A stretch of DNA of 64,000 nucleotides. Origin: Macrostomum hystrix. Its lineage: Eukaryota > Animalia > Platyhelminthes. The notes beneath the pieces were generated by a model. It was not told the origin of the DNA, did not search any database, and saw only the letters and a list, made by a program, of their open reading frames with translations. The stretch's first letter is position 1. Each line of letters opens with the position of its first letter. Positions 38,208 through 51,490 of the stretch are shown here, in pieces. The translations under genes were made by a program, and so were the position numbers. Where the stretch lies: contig CATNEN010000008.1 of assembly GCA_950097015.1 (NCBI GenBank), positions 1,612,001 to 1,676,000 on the forward strand, read 5' to 3'.

Positions 38208-41200
38208 TCACGACACCAGACAGGAGCTTTTCAAATCCTTGCTTCGGCTCAGCGCCAAATCACCGCGCAGTAGAAAATTCAAAGCCGCCTTGGCTATGAA
38301 GCTGGAGGTGCCTCGAGACACAACGGCCTCAGACTGGTAGAACACCACCATGGATTTGTCCACTTCCGGTCCGGTTAATCCGCGCTCGGATTTGAAATCG
38401 CGCCAAGCCTCGTCGATGATGCGCAGTACGTCGAGCTCACCGGAGACGGTTAACTCGGGATTGCGTTTAAGAATTAACTCGATGATTACCAGGGTTTCAA
38501 CTAGCAACTGGCGCAGGGCCGGGTTCTTGGTCTCCCTGAGCATTTTAATTAGAGACAGTTTGCGGATCAGGTAGAGCTTTTCAAATTTTTCCAGTCTTGA
38601 TTCCTCCGCCAAAACTTATCCCAACAACTATCCTAAAACATCAGGGCGTGAGAAGTCGTCTAACGCGTTCGCCTCTCGAACCAAGGTCCCTAAGTTCGAT
38701 TCTAAGGGGAAGCCACATTCATTTGAGGCGCAGCAACGGTAAGAGGGCTTGGGGCTCATCGTGAAATTTACGCTCTTAGAGGGGCCAACATCTAAGGCAC
38801 AGCGGTCGGAAGTTTACTTGCCCGACGATGAGAAAGTCAGGGGCAGATGTACACACCTGTGTGCGCGTGTGCTCCGGAGTCAACGGAATAGGCAGAATTG
38901 CCTCCTAGCTGGCCGCGGGTCTAGTTACATTATTTGGTAAAACACCTTACTTGGTGACACTAGACCCAAAGCCAGAGAGCAGGCAATTCTTCCCATTTCG
39001 CTGACTCCTGAGCACACACGCACACAGATACCGAACGCAGGCACACTCACACAGTTATTTAAATCTGCCCTGACTTTATGATTGTCAGGCAGTGTAAATT
39101 TAACTGTGCCTTGAAGGTTGGCCCTCAAGGATGTAAAAAATGCATTCTTACCTCGCCAAAATGGCCTGCACAGCGAACACAAAGTTGGCATCGTTGCGCG
39201 ACATATCGTTTAGGCAGGGATACTGCTGAATCAGCGTGTTGCCGATGCGCACCCCGCCAGTGCAGGCTTCCAGCACGCCGTAGACACCTTCGTAAAAGCC
39301 CGGCGGCACCCGGCAGAGGCAGCCGTCGATGCGACGCTGCCAGTAGGGATCGCGGCGACGATCGCGACGCAGAATGGACACCAGCAAGGACTGGATCTGA
39401 TGGCGGATTCAAGGACATTGCCAGGAAGTGGGATAATTTAGGGGTATGGGATATACAAAAGGGCAGAGGGAGGGGGTGAGGTTTTTTTAGGCCACATTTA
39501 TTAAGGGCTTGTCGTGAAGAGAAGGCTTGGGGGCTTGTCGTGCAATTCGTGCCAACCTTTAAGGCACAGGGAGAGTGTACACTGCCTGAAGATGAGAAAG
39601 TCAGGGCAGATGTACACACCCTCCTGTGTGTGCCTGCGTAAAATATCTGTGTGCGTGTGTGCTCGGGAGTCAGCGGAATGGGCAGAATTGCCTCTTTGCT
39701 GGCTACGGGTCGACTGTCACCAAATTACGTGCCATACACTGGTCATAAAAATATAAATTGCAGGAGGGCTGCGGGCCATGGCACAGCATTTGGTGACACC
39801 CTTCTCTCCGCGTCTGCGCCCCAAATAAATGTGGCCTTGCCGCGGAATCGAGCTCAGGGGCCTTTGTGCGAGAGGCAAACGCGTTAACCGCTCTGCCACT
39901 GACCCCCCGCAATACAGCGATACGTACAGCCCTTCCAGCGAGTATCATTTTAAGGGTAGTGGAATCATTTCATTTCGAGTATCATTTCAGGATATTATCG
40001 AGTATTTTGTGTGGATTTTTGTGTTATAGACTCCAACCACCTTGTAGTGGCAGTGTTGTCACTAATACGGCCTAAAATCTCACCTTATAAGGCGACAAAT
40101 TCTGCAAAATCTTGCAGCCGCCGTAGAGCACGTCGTCAACATTCTCCAGTTCAATATCCAAGGCGTCAACCAGCGGATCCAATCGAATATAGTGAATGCC
40201 GCTAAACAGTGTGTTTTCCCGGCTAATAAGCGAGCCAAGGAATAATATGAGCTCTTGAAGTAACACGGCTTTGCCCGAAGGTCCTGGTGGATACTGGGCG
40301 TAGAGAATCTGGCAGAGCTCCTTCGGCGTCAGCGGCCTATCGATGACAATGTCCGAGCCGATGATGATCTTCTTGCCGGCGACGATGACGTTAGATAGCG
40401 ACGGTGCGAGACTGTCGACCTCTTTGCGAAGGATGGCCGATGCGTAGCGCACGATGGCCCAGCGTTGTTGGACTCCGGCGGTGCGGCTCAAATCTTCGAG
40501 GCGATGCAACACGCTATCGGCGCCGCCTGAAAATTTTATTTAAAAATATATTAGCAGAGGGAAATCCGACGTGTTTCTAAAAATACATAGTGGAAGCCTA
40601 AGGAAAATCCAAAGGTTGTTTCTAAAAATAGAATAGACAGAAACATCTGTCTATAGAATAGAGTAAAAATAATATATTTCAGTGCGTATTTCTAAATTTA
40701 GAATAGCGGGGAAACCATTTGGAAAATTTCGTTCGCGTAGTTCTACGAGCTAGAAACTTCTAGTTGCGAAATGACCTCAATAAATAGAATCCTATAATAA
40801 AATTAACGATGTCTAATTTTGTAAAATTCCCTTAAAATGTGTTTCTAAAAAAGAATTCTTAGAAGCTTCTATCACGGGAGATTCCCGCAGGAATTTTTAA
40901 ATCTAAAAATAGATTTGGCTGGGATTCCCTGCCTAAAAATAACTCACCAGAGAGCGCGTAATCCGGGCCGTGCCTATCGTGCAGCAAGTGCAGCAGCTGA
41001 GTTCTCGGTCCCATATTCAAAGCGGCGGTGTCAATGAGTTGGCACAGCTGCTCCGAGCTGCTTTCGTCAACTCGTCTAACATCGATCCACTCTTCGCGTT
41101 CGACGGCTACAGCCGCGTGACCTTGAATGTTCATCAGCGAACGAAATGACTTTTCAACGCTGAGCTCTTCAACGCTGGGCAGATCTTTGAAAGCGTCGCC

Positions 41201-44200
41201 GTGATCCTGCAGATAATCCAGGTGATCCACGCAAGCGCTAGCTAGAAGATTCTGAGCGCGGCCAAGTAGAACGCGAACTCCGTTGACGCGGCCGCTGCGC
41301 ATGCCGGTGAGGAAGGCGATCAGCTGTTTGGCGCCGGCCGCTCTGATCATGTCCTCGCGCAACAGGAAGCAGAATGTTGGCCGGCCGCGAAGGCGCCACC
41401 AGTTGGATAGAAACTGCAGATTGGTGCGCACCTGAACATTGGGAAGCGGAACGGAAGTCTATAACTGACTTCAGATAAGGGGCAGTACCGAGTTTTGAGA
41501 AGTATAAAAAGTTACTCTGTAACTACTCTAGAACAAGAGCGTAACGACTGTAACGAGTCGGTAACTAGTCTAGAACGGGTCTGGAATGACCCTAGAACAA
41601 GTCTGTAACGAAAGGATCCTGTAACGAGTCGGTAACTAGTCTAGAACGGGTCTGGAATGACCCTAGAACAAGTCTGTAACGAGTTGGTAACTAGTCTAGA
41701 ACGGGTCTGGAATGACCCTAGAACAAGTCTGTAACGAGTCGGTAACTAGTCTAGAACAAGAGCGTAACGACTGTAACGAGTCGGTAACTAGTCGAGAACG
41801 GGTCTGGAATGACCCTAGAACAAGTCTGTAACGAGTCGGTAACTAGTCTAGAACGGGTCTGGAATGTCCCTAGAACAAGTCTGTAACGAGTCGGTAACTA
41901 GTCTAGAACGGGTCTGGAATGACCCTAGAACAAGTCTGTAACGAAAGGATCCTGTAACGAGTCGGTAACTAGTCTAGAACGGGTCTGGAATGACCCTAGA
42001 ACAAGTCTGTAACGAGTTGGTAACTAGTCTAGAACGGGTCTGGAATGACCCTAGAACAAGTCTGTAACGAGTCGGTAACTAGTCTAGAACAAGAGCGTAA
42101 CGACTGTAACGAGTCGGTAACTAGTCGAGAACGGGTCTGGAATGACCCTAGAACAAGTCTGTAACGAGTCGGTAACTAGTCTAGAACAAGAGCGTAACGA
42201 CTGTAACGAGTCGGTAACTAGTCTAGAACGGGTCTGGAATGACCCTAGAACAAGTCTGTAACGAGTCGGTAACTAGTCTAGAACGGGTCTGGAATGTCCC
42301 TAGAACAAGTCTGTAACGAGTCGGTAACTAGTCTAGAACGGGTCTGGAATGACCCTAGAACAAGTCTGTAACGAGTTGGTAACTAGTCTAGAACGTGTCT
42401 GGAATGACCCTAGAACAAGTCTGTAACGAGTCGGTAACTAGTCTAGAACAAGAGCGTAACGACTGTAACGAGTCGGTAACTAGTCGAGAACGGGTCTGGA
42501 ATGACCCTAGAACAAGTCTGTAACGAGTCGGTAACTAGTCTAGAACAAGAGCGTAACGACTGTAACGAGTCGGTAACTAGTCTAGAACGGGTCTGGAATG
42601 ACCCTAGAACAAGTCTGTAACGAGTCGGTAACTAGTCTAGAACGGGTCTGGAATGTCCCTAGAACAAGTCTGTAACGAGTCGGTAACTAGTCTAGAACGG
42701 GTCTGGAATGACCCTAGAACAAGTCTGTAACGAAAGGATCCTGTAACGAGTCGGTAACTAGTCTAGAACGGGTCTGGAATGACCCTAGAACAAGTCTGTA
42801 ACGAGTTGGTAACTAGTCTAGAACGGGTCTGGAATGACCCTAGAACAAGTCTGTAACGAGTCGGTAACTAGTCTAGAACAAGAGCGTAACGACTGTAACG
42901 AGTCGGTAACTAGTCGAGAACGGGTCTGGAATGACCCTAGAACAAGTCTGTAACGAGTCGGTAACTAGTCTAGAACAAGAGCGTAACGACTGTAACGAGT
43001 CGGTAACTAGTCTAGAACGGGTCTGGAATGACCCTAGAACAAGTCTGTAACGAGTTGGTAACTATTCTAGAACGGGTCTGGAATGTCCCTAGAACAAGTC
43101 TGTAACGAGTCGGTAACTAGTCTAGAACGGGTCTGGAATGACCCTAGAACAAGTCTGTAACGAGTCGGTAACTAGTCTAGAACGGGTCTGGAATGTCCCT
43201 AGAACAAGTCTGTAACGAGTCGGTAACTAGTCTAGAACGGGTCTGGAATGACCCTAGAACAAGTCTGTAACGAGTCGGTAACTAGTCTAGAACGGGTCTG
43301 GAATGACCCTAGAACAAGTCTGTAACGAGTCGGTAACTAGTCTAGAACGGGTCTGGAATGACCCTAGAACAAGTCTGTAACGAGTCGGTAACTAGTCTAG
43401 AACGGGTCTGGAATGACCCTAGAACAAGTCTGTAACGAGTCGGTAACTAGTCTAGAACGGGTCTGGAATGACCCTAGAACAAGTCTGTAACGAGTTGGTA
43501 ACTAGTCTAGAACGGGTCTGGAATGACCCTAGAACAAGTCTGTAACGAGTTGGTAACTAGTCTAGAACGGGTCTGGAATGACCCTAGAACAAGTCTGTAA
43601 CGAGTCTGCAGCAAGTACGAACCTCATCGATGACCATGTCCATATCGTGCAGCAAATAGAAGTCGCGCATTTCAAACAGCAACGGATAGCACAGCACGGT
43701 GCGGCCTGGCACCCTGTAGAACTTGGCTGTCCCCAGCTGGCCAATCGGACGCAGAGGCCGGCCGGTCAGTCCGAGTTTATCGCACTGGCCTAGGCATTCT
43801 TGTACGCGAATCAAATTCTTGGATGGCCATAGGGTGATTGGCTCCACCTGGTTTAGTCAATTGAGATTATTGGTGTCATTTTTTCGATACAGTAACTGGC
43901 AGTCATACTAACATTAGCTTTATGCTGAGGGGAAAACATAATGCTCTAGATCTCTATATATTCGAATAAATTATTTTTTATGACTTCAAAACCAATCACG
44001 ATTCCAGCATCTCTAGACTTGATAAACAACTGCAAAGAAGAACAGACTAGTGCATTGGAACACGCGCATGAGGGCCAATTTTCTTATTCCTCTTGTTTAA
44101 TTCGCGCAAAGCAAGACAGAAGGGAATTAAAACAATTATGTTTAGTCTATCGGCCAGTGACGCCACCTGATAAAGCTATTGGCTGACGAAATGGCAAAAA

Positions 44201-47200
44201 AATTGAGGTGAAAATCAATGGCTAGCTTTCACCGCACCTGGGTCCCTGCATCCGTTCAGGGTGAATGAAACTGAATCAAGACAGGTTTGAAACTGAATGA
44301 AGACAGGTTTGAAACTGAATCAAGACAGATTTGAAAGTGAATAAAGACAGGTTTGAAACTGAATCAAGACAGGTTTGAAACTGAATGAAGACAGGTTTGA
44401 AACTGAATCAAGACAGGTTTGAAAGTGAATAAAGACAGGTTTGAAACTGAATCAAGACAGGTTTGAAAGTGAATAAAGACAGGTTTGAAACTGAATCAAG
44501 ACAGATTTGAAACTGAATGAAGACAGGTTTGAAACTGAATCAAGACAGGTTTGAAACTGAATCAAGACAGGTTTGAAACTGAACGACGACAGGTTTGAAA
44601 CTGAATCAAGACAGGTTTGAAACTGAACGACGACAGGTTTGAAACTGAATCAAGACAGGTTTGAAACTGAATGAAGACAGGTTTGAAACTGAATGAAGAT
44701 AGGTTTGAAACTGAATGAAGACAGGTTTGAAACTGAATCAAGACAGGTTTGAAACTGAATCAAGACGGGTTTGAAACTGAATCAAGACAGGTTTGAAACT
44801 GAATCAAGACAGGTTTGAAACTGAATCAAGACAGGTTTGAAACTGAATCAAGACAGGTTTGAAACTGAATCAAGACAGGTTTGAAACTGAACGACGACAG
44901 GTTTGAAACTGAATCAAGACAGGTTTGAAACTGAACGACGACAGGTTTGAAACTGAATCAAGACAGGTTTGAAACTGAATGAAGACAGGTTTGAAACTGA
45001 ATGAAGATAGGTTTGAAACTGAATGAAGACAGGTTTGAAACTGAATGAAGACAGGTTTGAAACTGAATCAAGACGGGTTTGAAACTGAATGAAGACAGGT
45101 TTGAAACTGAATCAAGACAGGTTTGAAACTGAATCAAGACAGGTTTGAAACTGAATCAAGACAGGTTTGAAACTGAATCAAGACAGGTTCGAAACTGAAT
45201 CAAGACAGGTTTGAAACTGAATCAAGACAGGTTTGAAACTGAATCAAGACAGGTTTGAAACTGAATTAAGACAGGTTCGAAACTGAATCAAGACAGGTTT
45301 GAAACTGAATCAAGACAGGTTTGAAACTGAATCAAGACAGATTTGAAACTGAATCAAGACAGGTTTGAAACTCAATGAAGACAGGTTTGAAACTGAATCA
45401 AGACAGGTTTGAAACTGAATCAAGACAGGTTTGAAACTGAATCAAGACAGGTTTGAAACTGAATGAAGACAGGTTTGAAACTGAATCAAGACAGGTTTGA
45501 AACTGAATGAAGACAGGTTTGAAAGTGAATCAAGACAGGTTTGAAACTGAATGAAGACAGGTTTGAAACTGAATGAAGACAGATTGAAAGCAAACTATAC
45601 ACGAACGAACCTGAGTTGGGGTCTGGCTCTGAACGCCAAAAGTAGCCAGCATCTGCTGCAGTCGGACAGACTCTGAGATGAGTACGACTTGCACCACCAG
45701 ATCCTGCAGTTTATTAATGAACGGCACCCGACGAGACAAATCTAGCGGACGTTCGTGAAAAGCTTTATAGCGTCGCAGTAGATCAAGGTCGTGCGCCATC
45801 AGGTAGCCAGATTCCAACAGTTCAGCTATGAGAGCCACCGCTTCGCCCCATAGGAAGGCGGTGTCGCCGAGGTCGAAGTTGGGTCGGCGGGCCTGACTAC
45901 CGGGCTGGTCCCGTTCCTCTTGAAGGTAGTCACGCGGGACATAGTAGAATCTGGGCAGCCAGCGCCGCGGAGTAGGCGGCTGCGATTGGTCCGGACTGGG
46001 TAGAAGATAGGTGAATCAGGGATTTGGTGAATCAGGGATTTGGTGTTTCAGGGATTTGGTGAATCAGGGATTTGGTGAATCAGGGATTTGGTGAATCAGG
46101 GATTTGGTGAATCAGGGATTTGGTGTATCAGGGATTTGGTGAATCAGGGATGTGGTGAATCAGGGTTTTTGTGAAGCAGAGATTTGGTAAATGAAGAATT
46201 ATGTGAATCAGGGTTTTGGTGAATCAGGGATTTGGTGTATCAGGGATCGGGTATATTTTGGGATTTGGTGCATAGGGATTTGGTAAATAAGGGATTTGGT
46301 AAATAAGGGATTGGGTAAATTAGGGATTTTATGAATCATGGATTTGGTGAATTAAGGATTTGGTGTATCAGGGATTTGGTAAATGAAGGATTTAGTGAAT
46401 CAGTATTGGAGGATATTTTGAATAAAAATAGAAAAAGATACATAATAGTACTAATAATTAATTACACCTGCCCAGATTAGGTTCGATGTGCCACCGACAG
46501 CACAGCCGCAGCTATTGCGCGGCGCATCTGAAGGCTGCGTACAGCTGTTCAGTCCATGGACCTTATTGGACCCTGGGGAGAGGCCACACCCGCCGCCCTC
46601 AATTACTCCCAGCCAATGCAGGTACCCACCCATTTAACAGCTGGATGAACTGAAGCAATGCAGAGTTAAGAGTTTTGCTCTAAAGGACACAAATTGTCAA
46701 GTCGGGAATCGAACCACCGACCTTAAAGTCGTGCGTCCGACGTTCGGGTAGAACAGAAAATTTAGCCCGATATTTGAGGGAAAAAAAGAAAAAATGTGGG
46801 TATTTGAAATTGCCCCATGGTCTTTCTACTGTTAAAATAGAAACCTAAAATATCAGCAAGTAACAGTTGATATCAAGAGTATTATTGTTCCTCACCCAGT
46901 TGGGAAGTCGCATTCCACTCGCAATTCGTCTAGTTTCTCCTTATACAGACTGGCAGTTTTACTGTCGCCCTGCAGACAATGCTCAATAATTAGGAAGGCG
47001 TACATGATTGGCCATTGACACTCGATTAATTCGAAGCTTTTCAATTCGCCGTGACTATATAGGCTGCCTCGTCTGGCTTCCAATACGGTTCCGTAGCCGT
47101 CGCGAGAGAATCGTTTGAAGCCGTAGTCGCCGCGAAATCTGGCAAATATATTGCGCAATGCAGTCTTGCGCACAGCTTCGTGAGTAGCGTGGCCAGGCCA

Positions 47201-48673
47201 GCACAGGGTAGGTATGAGGGCGCTATCGCAGCCTTTGCTGGCACTCTCCCTAGGCAGAAGGTTGGTTAGGATGATTCTATTCCTAGAATGCGCATCGATA
47301 TCCACGTGAATGACAGTGGTGTGATCTCCGGATTGGCCAAACACGTTGAAACTGTTGGCCGCTTCCAAGGCTGCTTTAGCGAATCCAACTGAACTGGCGT
47401 GCAGTTCAACGCTGCCAGTGTTCTGCTTGGTGCCGCGTTCCCACATACCGTAGTCTGGTATGCGGTAGGCCCGCTCCAGGTAGAATATCAGATTCTGGAA
47501 TAGGCTCACCTGACAAGGCAGTGGTGGGGGTGCGTATCCATATCCCAATCTGAGGATTTCTATGATAGGGTGTTGGCCATTCTCAGATCCTAATCCAAGG
47601 ATTTTTTTACTTTTAGGGTGGCGATTCTTTCATCCCAACTTGTGGATTTCTATGAAATTTTGGAGTGGAAATTCTACATCCCAACTGGTGGATTTCTATG
47701 AAATTTTGGAGTGGAAATTCTAGATCCCAACTTGTGGATTTCTATGAAATTTTGGAGTGGAAATTCTAGATCCCAACTTGTGGATTTCTATGAAATTTTG
47801 GAGTGGAAATTCTAGATCCCAACTTGTGGATTTCTATGAAATTTTGGAGTGGAAATTCTAGATCCCAACTTGTGGATTGCTATGAAATTTTGGAGTGGAA
47901 ATTCTAGATCCCAACTTGTGGATTGCTATGAATATTTAATAATAATAGATCCAAATTTTAAAGAATTGCATAAACTATTAGTTTGGCAATTCTAGAATTA
48001 GAGAATTTTTTGAATTTTAATAAACCGAAGTCTATGCACGAACCTCAGTTTTGGTGTGAATAATTTCCAAGCCAGAGCTAATCATCTGGATGCTCATGAG
48101 TACAAACAGAGCAATGGCATCGAGCTGGTGATGCGGATAGTTGCGAAATTGTTCGTCAACCAGCTCGCCACCGGTCCTATAGTCAAACAGCGTCAATAGG
48201 CAGTTCTTTGGACATTGCTGCTCTTTGAATGCCTCCAGTCTGGAAGTCTGGGACATCCAGAAGGCCAACAGCGAGCGCATGCACTTTAACGCTCTCTGAC
48301 GCAATTCCCAACAACGGCCGCTGTCCCGGTCAGTTTTCCTATAGACTTGAGCCAGAGCCCAGATGCTAGTGGCAATGTAAATATTGTCTCTGGCGTGCCC
48401 GGCTGCGGATTGGCGATTGCCGCCGGCCGGATACAACGGGAACAGGCCGCTAATTGGATGCTGAAACACCAAGATGTGATCGGCGCAGCGGCGATAAAAC
48501 GCGTCTAAAGCGGCATCGTCGTATTTTGGCAGTCCGTTGCTTAAAATAGCGAATACGTCCCTGTCAATGGAGACCGTTAATTTGGCGGCCGCCTCGGCCG
48601 CAGCCGGGGCTGCTGGAGTCGAGCCAGAAGCCAGAGGATCAGTTGCCTTGGCAACGTCTACGTCGTTGGACAT
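38208..48673 (-). CDS. PHKB: Phosphorylase b kinase regulatory subunit beta (about 1117 aa, 8 exons)
   Basis: Exons 48673-48044, 47509-46896, 45995-45611, 43847-43623, 41431-40948, 40526-40084, 39396-39152, 38535-38208; sum 3354 nt in frame. Motifs ERAYRIPDYGMWERG, LLPRES, GFKRFSRDGY, WQRRIDG, RQLLVE..LKRNPEL, and C-terminal CaaX CLVS, matching the beta rather than alpha subunit. Confidence 0.93.
38645..38935 (+). mobile_element. SINE family A copy in PHKB intron 7
   Basis: TCTAACGCGTTCGCCTCTCG..AAGTTCGATTC head plus family body. Confidence 0.8.
38945..39130 (-). mobile_element. SINE family A partial copy, inverted against the previous copy
   Basis: ACTAGACCC..GGCAATTC..GCTGACTCCTGAGCACAC..CTGCCCTGACTT..GGCAGTGTA is the reverse complement of the family body. 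Confidence 0.8.
39500..39905. mobile_element. SINE family A composite: plus-strand 5'-truncated copy (39500-39740) followed by an internally deleted minus-strand copy (39750-39905), PHKB intron 6
   Basis: Body in + orientation, then minus-strand tail (TTGCAGGAGGGCT..TTTGGTGACAC) joined to minus-strand head (..GAATCGAGCTCAG..CGCGTTAACCGCTCTGCCAC). Confidence 0.75.
41470..43605. repeat. About 55-bp satellite mosaic (GTAACGAGTCGGTAACTAGTCTAGAACGGGTCTGGAATGACCCTAGAACAAGTCT) filling PHKB intron 4
   Basis: Directly visible, with recurrent shorter variant units. Confidence 0.97.
44270..45590. repeat. 22-bp satellite (TGAAACTGAATCAAGACAGGTT), about 60 copies, PHKB intron 3
   Basis: Directly visible. 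Confidence 0.97.
46010..46400. repeat. 16-bp minisatellite (TCAGGGATTTGGTGAA), PHKB intron 2
   Basis: Directly visible; degenerates rightwards. Confidence 0.9.
46520..46745 (-). mobile_element. SINE family B (tRNA head plus Meta-domain-like core), most complete copy
   Basis: Minus strand reads ..CGTCGGACGCACGACTTTAAGGTCGGTGGTTCGATTCCCG (B box) ..TGTGTCCTTT..CATTGCTTCAGTTCATCCAGCTGTTAAATGGGT. This resembles the MetaSINE core as I recall it; not checked against a database. Confidence 0.75.
47620..47935. repeat. 46-bp tandem repeat, about 6 copies, PHKB intron 1
   Basis: TTTCTATGAAATTTTGGAGTGGAAATTCTAGATCCCAACTTGTGGA units. Confidence 0.93.
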
Positions 48674-48881
48674 ATTATCGAAGTTTTTGTGTCCGATCTT
48701 AAGTCAACAATGAAAGCAAATTCCCGAGTAAAGGGAATCTCTTGACTGGCGGATAAAGCTGGTTCGTACAAAATTTTAACTGAAATCGAAATATAGAATA
48801 ACAGATTTGCAATAATTCTCTAATTCTCAATCCTAATTCTCTTGGGACCGCAAAAGGGAGCTTATAGCCCACCGGTTCGAG

Positions 48882-48950
48882 CAGGGCTCGGCAAACTTGT
48901 CAGCGTGCGGCCCACGGAGAGAATCTAAAAGCCGATAGCGGGCCGCTGTA
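48882..48950 (+). mobile_element. Possible hAT-type terminal fragment
   Basis: CAGGGCTCGGCAAACT...GCGGCCC...GCGGGCCGC resembles hAT/Charlie-type MITE ends. No partner TIR found. Confidence 0.3.
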
Positions 48951-49049
48951 GGGATAGACGAGACAAGTGAGGGATGAGACAGAGATGAGACACGGGAGAG
49001 ATGAGACAGCGGAGAGATAAGGGAGAGAGAGACATGATACTGTAGGTGT

Positions 49050-49230
49050 TAGAAGGGGCAACGGGCAATGGACTCCTGGGTTAGAGCTTCGGACTTTTGA
49101 CCCAGAGGTCAGGAGTTCGATTCTAAGCCTAAAGAAGACCGTTTTTTCGTCCTTAAGCAAGACACTTAATTCCCTTGTGCTTCAGACGTTTGCCCAGTTG
49201 TAAAATGGGTAGCAGCATCAGCTGGGATAG
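49050..49230 (+). mobile_element. SINE family B copy
   Basis: GGGTTAGAGCTTCGGACT..GGAGTTCGATTC head, then GTCCTTAAGCAAGACACTTAA..GCTTCAG..CCCAGTTGTAAAATGGGTA. Confidence 0.75.
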
Positions 49231-50119
49231 AAACTAGGGTAGGTGCGAATTCATTCTATAATTAGCCTATAATTATTCCTTGCGCGATTCCCTAAAAACG
49301 GTTCAAGTCTAACTGTTCCCAGACAAATTTCAAAACAAATAAATGCTTAGTGAATAATAAAAGCGAAAACAAGCAAAATGAAATGGAATTTTTAAGGACT
49401 GGGGACTACCAGAAACGCAGAATTGAAAAAAATGTTGTCCTTATAGCACTGCCGCAGTTTAGCAGTTTTTAACAGATAGTGTATTTATAAATCAAATTTT
49501 AAAATACGGAACAGAATCAGTTTTTCGTTTTTTATTACACAGCGTTTGTGTTTTTTGTAACTTTGTAACAAAATTTGCGTTAAAGTTGATCATCTTCCGT
49601 TTTTTTGTTTAAATTCCTATTTTACATTTGTTAATTAAACAACGAAGCATTAGTGGGCAGAATATAATTAACACAGTTTCAAAAATACACTACGGCTGGT
49701 TTTAGATTAGCAATAAGCAACAAAATAATTATGTGCAAAGCACTAAAAATATGTAGAAAAGAGTTAGACAGAGACAAAGCAATTGGGACAGGGACTAAAA
49801 GACAGCAGGAAAAATTGAGAGAGCAGGCAATACAATATAATTATGAATACAAAACATACAGGAAATACCAAGCAGAAAGCAAGCAAGAAAAGCCAAAAGC
49901 CAGTAGAAAAGGTGCAGCGGGGAGTTATCAAAGCCACGGATTTATTTATTACAGCGGAGGAAAAAGCGACAATTGAGATTCAAAGAAAACGCCTTATTAG
50001 TAAGTGGTGGGTTAGACAAAAAAGTGACACCAAATAAGTAAGAACTGTGATCTTGAAATTCACGAAAAAAGGTGACGATTGACTATATTTAGAATGCTGA
50101 AAACTTGTTTTTGCAAACT

Positions 50120-50620
50120 AGGATGAAAGATAGGATGGAAGGAGAAGATAGGGTGGAAGGGGAAGATAGGATGGAAGGGGAAGATAGGGTGGAAGGGGAA
50201 GATAGGATGGAAGGGGAAGATAGGATGGAAGGGGAAGATAGGATGGAAGGGGAAGATAGGGTGGAAGGGGAAGATAGGATGGAAGGGGAAGATAGGATGG
50301 AAGGGGAAGATAGGATGGAAGGGGAAGATAGGATGGAAGGGGAAGATAGGGTGGAAGGGGAAGATAGGATGGAAGGGGAAGATAGGATGGAAGGGGAAGA
50401 TAGGGTGGAAGGGGAAGATAAGATGGAACGGGAAGATAGGATGGAAGGGGAAGATAAGATGGAACGGGAAGATAGGATGGAAGGGGAAGATAGGATGGAA
50501 GAGGAAGATAGGATGTAAGGAGAAGATAGGATGGAAGGGGAATATAGGGTGGAGGGGGAAGATAGGATGGAAGGGGAAGATATGATGGAAGGGGAAGATA
50601 GGATGGAAGGAGAAGGGTGA
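50120..50620. repeat. 18-bp purine minisatellite (GAAGATAGGATGGAAGGG), intergenic
   Basis: Directly visible. Confidence 0.95.
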
Positions 50621-51490
50621 AAGGGGAAGAGAAGATAGACAGGATGAGTAAATAAAATATTAGAGTATAAATAGGAAGTAGAGGTTAGAATGGACGTGCA
50701 GAATATATCAAAGAGAGGAAAAACAATGCTAAATATAAAGCCGCGATGTAAAAAAATAATTTAATTAAAAATCAGCACGGTTTCGTAAATATGCATACTG
50801 CCTAGCAGGAAAACTTTACATTTCAATATGAGCCTTTTAACCTAAAAATAGGATGCTAGCTTTAGAAAAAAACGGTTAATCATTAATAAGTATGAGACCT
50901 AAATGCACACACAAAATTTTTAATGACTTTTGAAATGTAAAAATTACAACTTATGCCTTGAAGAAAATGGCCATGAAAGCAAAGCAGTCAGCAAAAAAGC
51001 AGAAAACTATTTTAAATTTAAAACAGACAATTACCTTGATTAAAATTTCGACAACAAACCAGCAATTTTTCCTTTAATTTAACGCACAAGAACTAATCTG
51101 TTGGCCAGTACGATAAAATAGCGAAATTGAATTTAAACAAAGCAATTCTAGACCTCACTGGGACATTGGGAGAAGAGCCAGGACAGACAGAAAGCAACGA
51201 ATAAAAAAGCTGCATGCAGATGTGATGACTAGATAATAATACAATACACCAACTTCACGTCAGAGGATAGCTGACAGGAAAGACGACAAAAATTGACGCC
51301 ACGAGAAGGGAATAAGGGGACGAGCTAGAGGGACGAGACTGGAAAGTAGATAAAAAAATCGATTGATTGATTGATTGGACTAAATTAATTAAACAAAAAA
51401 ATTAAATAAATAAACAAACGAATGACGATTGTTTGCGAATCTAAAATGAAACCAGTTAGAACATGGCCGAGCATGCACTTCGGTCAGTTT

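Noticed and set aside
50105-50518. (EDRMEG)n ORF
   Set aside because: Translation of an 18-bp minisatellite; the start is TTG and there is no unique coding context.
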